From contig JAGWDQ010000031.1 in the NCBI GenBank assembly GCA_018260615.1, positions 1 through 11,614 on the forward strand: a stretch of 11,614 bases of DNA. Direction: 5' to 3'. Source of the stretch: Candidatus Altarchaeum sp. (lineage in GTDB: Archaea; Altiarchaeota; Altiarchaeia; Altiarchaeales; Altiarchaeaceae). Position 1 is the stretch's first letter. Every line of letters begins with the position of its first letter. The notes under the pieces are model-generated. The model saw only the letters and a program-made list of their open reading frames with translations. It was not told where the DNA came from and ran no database searches. A program made the position numbers and the translations under genes. Of this stretch, positions 1-7,670 are shown piece by piece.

Positions 1-151
1 AAAAGAAGGGGTTGAAGCGTTCATGCGAGAATCCAACGGAGTTCTGACGCTATAGGAGTAACCCATTCTCCTTTTGAATTCACAAGATATTTATAAAGAC
101 AAGTGGCAATAAACTTGTTTTTGTTCCCGCATTTTTCACATTTTAATTTTA

Positions 152-874
152 TCATTTTTTATTTATTAAATTTACTTCTAACAAAATATTTTCTTTTTTA
201 TACAATTCTAAATTATTCGTATTAAATTCTGGTTTCATTGAGACCTTTATATCAAATAGGTCAATAAGGCACCAGCCGGTGATAATGAACTCTTTTTCTT
301 TTTGTTCATAAGTATCAAAGCATAAAAGTAAATGATGTCCGTCATTTTCAATCTTTCTCTTTGAGTTTGTTAAAGGAGAAAAGAAAAAATCTCGCGGTGA
401 ACCTACATCACGCCGTGTCGTTGTTTTTACTTCAAGATATGTGACCCTGCCATATTTATCAGTAATTTTTTCATCGGGATATCCATTTAAAGATAATCTC
501 TCAAAAGAAGTTATTATTTTAACTATGTTTCTATTTTTATCAAAGAATGACGGAATTATTTTATCGGCAAAAATCCCTACTTCATTACTCCTAAAACTTT
601 TCGGTTTTGGAGGTTTCAACAATGACTTATAAAGATCAAATGTAATTGGAGTTCTATTATATTGTGTGGCAAGGGTGTTCACAATAGTATAAATATCATC
701 TAATAATAATTTATCTTTTTCATCTTCTTTATTTATGGGAATAATTTTCTTGTGGATTGTAGATTCTACAATAATATGAAATTCCAATTTGCTAAATGCT
801 CCTAATATTTCTCCGATAATTCTCTCGTAATTGTTCCTTTTTTTTATATCCTCATTATTTTCTATCTCGTTCAT
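152..874 (-). CDS. Putative type II restriction endonuclease (PD-(D/E)xK fold)
   Basis: 240-aa ORF with the GYPD...YLEVK catalytic-type motif. Its ATG overlaps the TGA of the upstream methyltransferase (TCAT at 871-874 on +), indicating translational coupling. Confidence 0.75.
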   Translation of the reverse strand: MNEIENNEDIKKRNNYERIIGEILGAFSKLEFHIIVESTIHKKIIPINKEDEKDKLLLDDIYTIVNTLATQYNRTPITFDLYKSLLKPPKPKSFRSNEVGIFADKIIPSFFDKNRNIVKIITSFERLSLNGYPDEKITDKYGRVTYLEVKTTTRRDVGSPRDFFFSPLTNSKRKIENDGHHLLLCFDTYEQKEKEFIITGWCLIDLFDIKVSMKPEFNTNNLELYKKENILLEVNLINKK

Positions 875-2073
875 TTTTGAAATATTAAAATATTCTCTTT
901 TTGCATAACATTGTACAATCCATAAATTATCTTATCTATATTCTTTATTAATTTAAATCCTAATTTTTTCGCATATTGTAGGGTAAAATCAACTGTTTTT
1001 ATTCTCTCGCCCAAATAGGAAGCATCACCTATAATTATAACACAAAATTTCCCGGGTTTTAAGACCCTAAACATTTCATCTATGCTTTTCATTATATCCT
1101 GATTGTACAAGACAATTCTGTTTGAATTTGTGCCTCTTACACCGATAAATTCCTCTCTGATTATCTTTGTATCAAAGCCCAATGCTTCAAGGGCGTGTGC
1201 ATCATTCTTTACATAATCCAGGGCGATAGAATATGGCGGCGAGGTTATGATTCCGTCAATACTGTTATCTTTTAATTTTATATCTCTTGAATCACCCTTT
1301 TCTATCCGAACTTTTCCTGGTTTAAGCCCAACCTCTTTTATTGCTTTATCAAAATCCTCAACCGATTTGAGCATCTTTTCCACATTGTTTGAAAACGATT
1401 TATGAAAATCCCGCCCCCTCCGGCTTTCATCGCTGTGGGAAATTAATTCTGCGACCAAAAAGAAATTTCTTACTTTCTCATCCTTAATACCTTCAACGGA
1501 TGCTCTGATACCTTTGTTTTCAGGATTTTCAAAATTTGTTAAATTTGTTTCGTTCTGTTTTAATATTTCATCTTTGATTTCCTTTATTTTGTCCAGAACC
1601 GCAACCGATTCTGTTTTAACCTTTGAGACCAAAACACAAACAGGGGATACATCAATTCCAACACTATTTAGTCCTAAAATTTGTGATTCAAGAATCGCTG
1701 TTCCGCTGCCCATAAATGGGTCAAGGACTAAATCACCTTCATTAACTTTGATGAAATTTAATAATGCTCTAATCATTTGCGGATGAAATTTTCCTTTATA
1801 GGGATACATCCAATGTGTTAAATACTGATTTATTGAAGTTGTCTGATTGAATTGAAATAATTTTTCATAATCAGTTATTTGTCCGTCTATGCTTTTAAAA
1901 TAAGCAACCCTTTTTCTCAATAATTCCTCATCTCCGGAAACTAATTCAAACTTGCGCATGCTGTTTGTTATTTCAAATTTAGCCGATAATGATTCCAATT
2001 CAAGCTTTGCAAGTGCCAGTTCATAAATGAACTGAACCCTGTCCATAAGTTCAATTGTTTTTTTATAGTTCAT
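871..2073 (-). CDS. DNA methyltransferase, probably N4-cytosine, alpha-type motif order
   Basis: YPYKGKFHP, then SAM-binding motif I (VLDPFMGSGT), then catalytic motif IV (IITSPPY). SPPY is typical of m4C MTases. Coupled to the nuclease gene. Confidence 0.85.
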   Translation of the reverse strand: MNYKKTIELMDRVQFIYELALAKLELESLSAKFEITNSMRKFELVSGDEELLRKRVAYFKSIDGQITDYEKLFQFNQTTSINQYLTHWMYPYKGKFHPQMIRALLNFIKVNEGDLVLDPFMGSGTAILESQILGLNSVGIDVSPVCVLVSKVKTESVAVLDKIKEIKDEILKQNETNLTNFENPENKGIRASVEGIKDEKVRNFFLVAELISHSDESRRGRDFHKSFSNNVEKMLKSVEDFDKAIKEVGLKPGKVRIEKGDSRDIKLKDNSIDGIITSPPYSIALDYVKNDAHALEALGFDTKIIREEFIGVRGTNSNRIVLYNQDIMKSIDEMFRVLKPGKFCVIIIGDASYLGERIKTVDFTLQYAKKLGFKLIKNIDKIIYGLYNVMQKENILIFQK

Positions 2074-2100
2074 GCTGTTTGTGTTATATAATTTAAAAAT

Positions 2101-2553
2101 TTACTGTATGTATCTTGTCGCATCACTATTAACTATTTCTGCCGGCTGAACTGTTTGCTCTTTTCCTAACTGAACATGCGGAATTGGAAATGGCGGAGGG
2201 AGGTTTATCTCTCTTGAAATAACTGCGGTCTCCATCATACAATTAGAAATTATAGAGTTATGAACTGTTTCTGCCATCTCCTGCGGAAGGTGCTTATTTT
2301 CACTTGACTCCCATTCTTTGAGTGCCTTATTTGCTTCTTCGGGATTTGCCGCAACATAAATTTCTCCCTCTATTCTTATAAATCCAATATTCGGCTCATA
2401 ATTGCTTGTGAAAACAAATCCGACAGACAATCCGTTTTCCGCCTTTGTGAGATGTGTTAAAGTGCTTTTGCTGCTTATCTGGATTGTTTGTCCACTTGTT
2501 CCACTTCCGAATTTTCTCGCTTCAATTGCCTTATAACTTGCAGTTATATTCAT
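2101..2553 (-). CDS. Conserved archaeal protein, probable SecB-like fold
   Basis: 150 aa. Beta-rich N-terminal half (LSVGFVFTSNY..IGFIRIEGEI), a helical part, and a C-terminal LPPPFPIP motif resembling archaeal SecB-like hypotheticals. Recognised from memory, not searched. Confidence 0.55.
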   Translation of the reverse strand: MNITASYKAIEARKFGSGTSGQTIQISSKSTLTHLTKAENGLSVGFVFTSNYEPNIGFIRIEGEIYVAANPEEANKALKEWESSENKHLPQEMAETVHNSIISNCMMETAVISREINLPPPFPIPHVQLGKEQTVQPAEIVNSDATRYIQ

Positions 2554-2582
2554 TTTATTTGTTGTTTTATTGATATAATTGA

Positions 2583-2621
2583 TTAAGGATTAAAATTAAG
2601 GATTAAAAGGATTAATAAAAA
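2583..2621. repeat. Short tandem AAGGATTAA-type repeats
   Basis: TTAAGGATTAAAA occurs twice in tandem (2583-2595, 2596-2608), followed by GGATTAA. AAAGGATTAATAAAAA (2606-2621) matches AAAGGATTAACAAAAA (2801-2816) at 15/16. Confidence 0.6.
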
Positions 2622-2790
2622 ATTGCTGTTTTGAATTTTCTGAACATTCTTCGCTTTTTACTCTTTTATAAAGTCCCTTCTTTATTATATGGTCTAATTC
2701 GTCTATTAATTTTTCTTTTTCTCGGATAAGTGTTCCAACATCAGACGCCAGCTCTAATGTTACATCCATTTTGATTAGTTTATTTTTCAT
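2596..2790 (-). CDS. Small hypothetical protein (64 aa)
   Basis: ATG-started ORF co-oriented with the SecB-like gene. No recognised motif. Its C-terminus is encoded by short repeats. Confidence 0.4.
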   Translation of the reverse strand: MKNKLIKMDVTLELASDVGTLIREKEKLIDELDHIIKKGLYKRVKSEECSENSKQQFFINPFNP

Positions 2791-2833
2791 TATTAATTAG
2801 AAAGGATTAACAAAAAGAACATAAATTTTATAT

Positions 2834-3009
2834 AAATTTTAAACAATGATAAATTTTACCGAAATTTTGAAAATTCATAATATCGTAAGACCTTATGATT
2901 ATCAGGAAAAAGCAATAGCAGAAATAGACAAGGGAAAAAATTTAATCGTTTCAACGCCCACGGCAAGCGGAAAAACGCTGCTCGCAGAATACGGAATAAT
3001 CAGGGTATT
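2834..3009 (+). repeat. 176-bp direct repeat, copy 1 (hel308 5' end plus 12 nt upstream); copy 2 at 3127-3302
   Basis: Manual alignment, offset 293, shows 4 mismatches (2947/3240, 2950/3243, 2962/3255, 3006/3299). Confidence 0.97.
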
Positions 3010-3127
3010 GGAAACGCACCTTTTTTTAGATGACTTAAGTAAAAAAAGTAACCTCACTTCGTTCGGATATTTTCAGACAAGTTTGAAAATTGCACCAAAA
3101 AAAGCTGCAAAAATCTCCGATTTTTGA
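2846..3127 (+). pseudogene. Truncated duplicate of hel308: first 54 codons, then read-through into the palindromic element
   Basis: Matches the Hel308 N-terminus including TPTASGKT up to GIIR. It then diverges into element-encoded sequence and stops at TGA 3125-3127. Confidence 0.9.
3010..3126 (+). mobile_element. 117-bp palindromic repeat element (REP/MITE-like), long form, flanked by a 176-bp duplication
   Basis: Homologous to the reverse complement of 7589-7663. Contains hairpins CTTTTTTTA/TAAAAAAAG (3020-3048) and CAAAAATC-TCC-GATTTTTG (3108-3126), plus an internal module of about 41 bp carrying CCTCACTTCGTTCGG. Confidence 0.8.
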
Positions 3128-3302
3128 AATTTTAAACAATGATAAATTTTACCGAAATTTTGAAAATTCATAATATCGTAAGACCTTATGATTATCAGGA
3201 AAAAGCAATAGCAGAAATAGACAAGGGAAAAAATTTAATTGTCTCAACGCCCACAGCAAGCGGAAAAACGCTGCTCGCAGAATACGGAATAATCAGGGCA
3301 TT
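3127..3302 (+). repeat. 176-bp direct repeat, copy 2 (5' end of intact hel308)
   Basis: Matches 2834-3009 at 172/176. Confidence 0.97.
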
Positions 3303-5172
3303 AAATAATAACGGAAAAGCCATATATGTCGTGCCGATGCGCGCATTAGCAAGCGAGAAGTTCAGGGAATTTGAAATTTATAAAAATTTCGGATACAAGG
3401 TCTTGTTAGAAATGGGGGATCTGGAAAGTTTGGATGTTGAAACGTTGAAATACAAATACAGCCGTTTAAATTTTGATGTTTTATTCGCTACTGCTGAAAA
3501 ACTTGATGCGATTTTGAGGGCAAATGTTTCCCTGAAGGACTTAAAATTTTTGGTTGTTGATGAAATTCATTTTCTCGGCAGTCCCGACAGGGGCTCGGTC
3601 TATGAAATTTTAATTGCCAAATTAAGAAAAAATTTTCCCGATATTCAGATTCTGGGGTTATCCGCCACTATTGGAAATACAGATGAACTGGCAAAATGGT
3701 TAGATGCATCATTAATTCAGTCATCATTTCGTCCCGTTCCGCTTACAGAGTTCATTGAAACAAAAAATGACTTAAATACAATAGTTGCTGAAAATTTACC
3801 CAAAGGCAACATTCTGATATTCACAAATTCAAAAAAGAGATGTCAGGACTTGTGCGGGGAATTAAGCGAACTTGCTCTATTTAAAAAGAGCAATGAGCAG
3901 GAATTAAGCGAAGAAATTTTAAACGCAGTTGAATCGCCGACCGAGCAGTGCAAATTGCTTACAAATTTTGTCAGGCACGGGATTGCCTTTCACCATGCCG
4001 GACTGGCAAACAAACAGCGCGAATTAGTTGAGGAAAATTTCAAAAACAGCCGCATAAAGGTAATCATTGCCACTCCGACATTAGCTTACGGAGTAAATTT
4101 GCCCGCACATACGGTAATTATTGAACGACTAAACCGATATACTAATAAAGGGATGGTTGAAATTCCTGTGTTAGAGTACAAGCAAATGTCTGGCAGGTCA
4201 GGAAGGCCAAAATATGATAAAGAAGGAATCGCAATAATTAAGGCAAATAAAGCCAAAGAAAAACACATCCGTGAAAAATACATAAACGGAAAGCCGGAGG
4301 ATATTGAGTCATATATTTTAGCAGAACCAAATTTAAGATTTCATACATTGTCATTAATCTCCGAAATTTCCGATGTTGATGAAATTGTCCGATTTTTTGA
4401 TACGACCTTCGGAATGTTCAGATACGGGAATCCGGAAGCGGTTGAAAGAAACATTATTAATATCATTAACGGATTAAAGGACTGGAAATTTGCCGAAGAA
4501 AAAAATACAAAATTAAATTTAACTCCTGTGGGAAACAGGATTAACCAGATGTATATAGACCCGTTAACCGCAGAGCGATATATTGTAAATTTTTTAGAGA
4601 TGGCCGAACAATTTGGCAGTTATGATGACATCACTATCCTTTTTATTTTATGCACGGCAACGGAAATGCCTTTGCTTTACATAAGCAGGGGTGAAGAAGA
4701 TGACATTCTCGGTGAATTTTTGTCACAGGAGAATCATAAGGAACTTGAAGAAACAGGCGGGGATACTTATCTGGAAAAATTTAAAACCGCAAACATGTTC
4801 AATGCGTGGCTCAATGAGAAATCGGAAAATTACATTTATTCAACATTTAATGCACCGCCGGGACTGCTGCATCAGAAGGTTGAAATTTTGCAGTGGCTTA
4901 CTTATGCCGCCTGCGAAATAGGAAAAATTTTAAAATTTCCACAAATAAAACAGCTGATGGAGATGCATATAAGAGTTAAGTATGGAATAAGGAAGGAATT
5001 AATTGAACTGATAGGTGTAAAAGGAATCGGAAGAGTTAGGGCAAGAGCGTTGTTTAATGCGGGAATTGTAAATAAAGACATGCTCAGAAAGGCCGGTGTT
5101 GATGATATTGCGAAGATTTTAAAGAGCAAAAAGATAGCAGAGGATATTAAAAAAGAGGTTGAAATGATATAG
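3139..5172 (+). CDS. hel308: Hel308/Hjm superfamily 2 (Ski2-like) DNA helicase
   Basis: Walker A TPTASGKT, DEIH, SAT, FHHAGL, ATPTLAYGVNLPA, QMSGRSGRP and a C-terminal HhH motif (GVKGIGRVRAR). 677 aa. Confidence 0.93.
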   Translation: MINFTEILKIHNIVRPYDYQEKAIAEIDKGKNLIVSTPTASGKTLLAEYGIIRALNNNGKAIYVVPMRALASEKFREFEIYKNFGYKVLLEMGDLESLDVETLKYKYSRLNFDVLFATAEKLDAILRANVSLKDLKFLVVDEIHFLGSPDRGSVYEILIAKLRKNFPDIQILGLSATIGNTDELAKWLDASLIQSSFRPVPLTEFIETKNDLNTIVAENLPKGNILIFTNSKKRCQDLCGELSELALFKKSNEQELSEEILNAVESPTEQCKLLTNFVRHGIAFHHAGLANKQRELVEENFKNSRIKVIIATPTLAYGVNLPAHTVIIERLNRYTNKGMVEIPVLEYKQMSGRSGRPKYDKEGIAIIKANKAKEKHIREKYINGKPEDIESYILAEPNLRFHTLSLISEISDVDEIVRFFDTTFGMFRYGNPEAVERNIINIINGLKDWKFAEEKNTKLNLTPVGNRINQMYIDPLTAERYIVNFLEMAEQFGSYDDITILFILCTATEMPLLYISRGEEDDILGEFLSQENHKELEETGGDTYLEKFKTANMFNAWLNEKSENYIYSTFNAPPGLLHQKVEILQWLTYAACEIGKILKFPQIKQLMEMHIRVKYGIRKELIELIGVKGIGRVRARALFNAGIVNKDMLRKAGVDDIAKILKSKKIAEDIKKEVEMI

Positions 5173-5200
5173 TTATAAATTTTAATTCGGATGAAATTTT

Positions 5201-6508
5201 CTAAATTTTTTCCACGAGCAATGTCCAATCATCTTTTCCTTTGATTTTTACTTTATCACCTTTCAAAATTTTCTCATCCGGTTTTAAATTTTTTGCTTTC
5301 CATAATTCGCCTTTGGACATAACAAATCCGGTGTTATTTTCAAAGTCCTCTGTTGATTCCGCTGTTTCTCCGATAATGTTTTCTCCGATTACCGGTTTCT
5401 TTTTTCCCGCATTAAATATCTTTGTAACTGCAAAAATTAAAAATACGGCAAATATTACTGACGGAACGAGTATTGAAAACAACAACTGGTTAAAGAAGTC
5501 CTGAGATACATAAAAATTTGGAGACGATAATGGCCCGAGAAAAATTATTCCCATAATCAGTGCAACAACTCCTGCTCCTCCGATAATTCCGAAACTATGC
5601 GTGCTTAATTCATAAATTATTAAAACGATTCCTAAAATGAGCAGAGCAATTCCGGCCAAATCTGCAGGAAAGCCCAGTCCAATCAATCCCAGCAATATAC
5701 ACAATGCCCCTAAAATTTCCGCTCCCATACCGGGATTTGAAAATCCAAAAATCAATGCATAAATGCCAATCATAAGTAAAAGGGACGCAATTAAAGGATT
5801 TGAAAGGACCGACATAAATTTTGTCCTGATACTTGCCTCATAATACACTATTTCAGCATTTCCCGTAATTATTGTTTTTTCTCCCGACGAAACACTTACA
5901 TTCATCCCGTTAATTTGCTTAATCAAATCATCTTCATTGTCTGCAATTATTTCAACCGCATTAAATTCCTTTGCCTCATATGCATTTAAATTTAAATTTT
6001 CAACGATGAATTTTTCGGCAAGTGAGAAATTTCTGTTATACATTTTCATTCTTTCCTTCATTACTGCTATAACCGCATTTAAAATTTTTGTTTCGTTTAT
6101 CGGAATTGATTTATCCGCTCCGATATAAACCGGCTGACAGGAACCAATAATGCTGTTAGGAGCCATCGCCGCAATGTGTGTTGAAAGTAAAATAAATGTT
6201 CCCGCACTCCACGCATGCGCCCCCTTTGGGCCAACATATCCGACAAAAGGAATTTCAGAATTGTCAATGATTTGGATTATTTCCAGTGTGGAGTCCAAAT
6301 TTCCACCGGGAGTATTCAGTCGTAAAATTATAACATCCGGTTTTTCGTTAACTGCTTCTTTTATTATTTCTGTTGTTGCCGAAGTTATTGCATCGTCAAT
6401 CTCAATTACATAAATTTTTTTCGCATGAATTTCATCTGCCTGAACGGTCATAAATCCAAACAACAATGCCAATACACATAAAAATCCAATGAGTAAATTT
6501 TTTTTCAT
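5201..6508 (-). CDS. nfeD: NfeD family membrane-bound serine protease (long form)
   Basis: Signal peptide, ClpP-like domain (LNTPGG, AWSAG, MAPNSIIG), multi-TM middle region and a C-terminal OB-like domain (GELWKA). Confidence 0.9.
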   Translation of the reverse strand: MKKNLLIGFLCVLALLFGFMTVQADEIHAKKIYVIEIDDAITSATTEIIKEAVNEKPDVIILRLNTPGGNLDSTLEIIQIIDNSEIPFVGYVGPKGAHAWSAGTFILLSTHIAAMAPNSIIGSCQPVYIGADKSIPINETKILNAVIAVMKERMKMYNRNFSLAEKFIVENLNLNAYEAKEFNAVEIIADNEDDLIKQINGMNVSVSSGEKTIITGNAEIVYYEASIRTKFMSVLSNPLIASLLLMIGIYALIFGFSNPGMGAEILGALCILLGLIGLGFPADLAGIALLILGIVLIIYELSTHSFGIIGGAGVVALIMGIIFLGPLSSPNFYVSQDFFNQLLFSILVPSVIFAVFLIFAVTKIFNAGKKKPVIGENIIGETAESTEDFENNTGFVMSKGELWKAKNLKPDEKILKGDKVKIKGKDDWTLLVEKI

Positions 6509-6603
6509 TTTAAGTTATAAATTTAATTAGTCGTTTATTTAAATTAATTATCTGATGTTTAATTTTAATAAATAATAATATTAATTAAATCCTCAAGATT
6601 AAA

Positions 6604-6825
6604 ATGAACTACGAAGAATTTAAAAAGGAGATAGAAGAAGATAGAAAGATACGGAAAGAAAGTGCAAAATGGAATTTCATAAAAAACCAGCCATTAAGAA
6701 TCAAAAAGGGGTTGGAAGCACTTATAGAATCGGGTGATTTATGGGTAGCAAGCAGGATTGCAGGAATTACCTTGGATGAAATGAATGATATAAGAATTAG
6801 GGCAGATATTCCCATGATTGGATAA
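6604..6825 (+). CDS. Small helical protein, possibly HTH or antitoxin-like (UPF0175-like)
   Basis: 73 aa. The segment GDLWVASRIAGITLDEMNDIRIRADIP resembles small archaeal HTH-like proteins. Family assignment from memory only. Confidence 0.6.
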   Translation: MNYEEFKKEIEEDRKIRKESAKWNFIKNQPLRIKKGLEALIESGDLWVASRIAGITLDEMNDIRIRADIPMIG

Positions 6826-6865
6826 CTTATGGAAAAATGTTAGCCGTAGCTATTAAAAAAGTAAA

Positions 6866-7387
6866 ATGAGTCATGAAGAACATCTGAAATATGCTTCAAA
6901 AGAAATTTCAAAGCCAATTAATGTTGCTGTCTTAACAGTCAGCGATACGAGAACAAAAGAAAATGACGAATCCGGAAAAATTTTATGCGAAATGCTGAAA
7001 AATAAAGGGCACAATATCGTTCATTACGGGATTGCGAAAGATGATGAAACCGAGATAGCAAATTTTGTAAAGAAATCAATCTCAGATGAAAATGTTGATG
7101 TTTTAATAACAAACGGAGGCACCGGAATTTCCAAAAGAGATGTAACAATTGAAACAGTTAAAAAATTTTTTGAAAAAACCTTAGACGGATTCGGGGAAAT
7201 TTTCAGACATTTAAGTTATGCAGAAATCGGAAGCGGAGCAATTATGTCAAGGGCAACGGCAGGAGTGTGCAAAGGCAGGATAATAATTTCAATTCCCGGC
7301 TCGTCAAATGCGGTAAAACTCGCTATGGATAAAATTATAATTCCGGAAATTTCTCATATTGTCTGGGAATTAAAACGACAAAGGTAA
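6866..7387 (+). CDS. moaB: Molybdopterin adenylyltransferase MoaB/MogA family
   Basis: VAVLTVSDT, TNGGTGISKRDVT, GFGEIFR and IPGSSNAV motifs. Confidence 0.93.
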   Translation: MSHEEHLKYASKEISKPINVAVLTVSDTRTKENDESGKILCEMLKNKGHNIVHYGIAKDDETEIANFVKKSISDENVDVLITNGGTGISKRDVTIETVKKFFEKTLDGFGEIFRHLSYAEIGSGAIMSRATAGVCKGRIIISIPGSSNAVKLAMDKIIIPEISHIVWELKRQR

Positions 7388-7394
7388 TTGAATC

Positions 7395-7494
7395 GTAACT
7401 ATTCAGAGGGTGTCAAATTTACCCGTGAAATTTTTGAAAAAAATACAAAAATTAAAATTTTACTCGTAATTTTTTGGGGTGGCTGAATAGTTAC
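7395..7494. mobile_element. 100-bp MITE, probably IS66 family-derived
   Basis: Perfect 12-bp TIRs GTAACTATTCAG (7395-7406) and CTGAATAGTTAC (7483-7494), with a perfect 8-bp TSD ATTGAATC (7387-7394, 7495-7502). The empty site is visible at 7664-7672. GTAA termini plus an 8-bp TSD fit IS66. Confidence 0.88.
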
Positions 7495-7588
7495 ATTGAA
7501 TCAAATAATCTGCTCCGCTTTTTTAAATTTTCCATCCTCTATTTCAATTTTACACAAAGAGCCTTTTTTCATTTCAACCTTAAAATTT
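7495..7588 (-). repeat. Duplicated 3' end of sixA (copy A, interrupted at its left edge by the MITE; true edge at 7386); copy B at 7664-7758
   Basis: Offset 170, with 3 mismatches (7516/7686, 7535/7705, 7581/7751). Confidence 0.95.
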
Positions 7589-7663
7589 CAAAAATCGGAG
7601 ATTTTTGCGACTTTTTTGGTCCAACTTTTTTTACTAAGGATACTCAAAAAAAGGTGGAAGTCC
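7589..7663 (-). mobile_element. 75-bp palindromic repeat element, short form, flanked by a duplication of about 95 bp
   Basis: First 20 nt (CAAAAATCGGAGATTTTTGC) are identical to the reverse complement of the 3010-3126 right end. Also shares TTTTTTGGTnCAA, CTTTTTTTACT and AAAAAAAGGTG. Lacks the 41-bp internal module. Confidence 0.8.
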
Positions 7664-7670
7664 AATTGAA

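Noticed and set aside
1-75. GC-richer stretch that could be a tRNA, an rRNA end, group II intron domain V or an IS end; frame 2 reads KEGVEAFMRESNGVLTL* (2-55)
   Set aside because: No cloverleaf or T-loop, no convincing rRNA or intron match, and no TIR. It may be the 3' end of an upstream CDS, but it is too short to assign.
391-402. TCTCGCGGTGAA also occurs on the minus strand next to the thiN element
   Set aside because: A 12-nt match is expected by chance in this window, and here it encodes conserved-looking nuclease residues.
2826-2840. TTTTATATAAA TATA-like box in the divergent intergenic region
   Set aside because: It is too close to the hel308 ATG for standard spacing and cannot be distinguished from background in such AT-rich DNA.
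2834-3302. Duplications interpreted as CRISPR or DGR template/variable repeats
   Set aside because: There is no repeat-spacer array and no reverse transcriptase or cas gene, and the mismatches are not adenine-specific.
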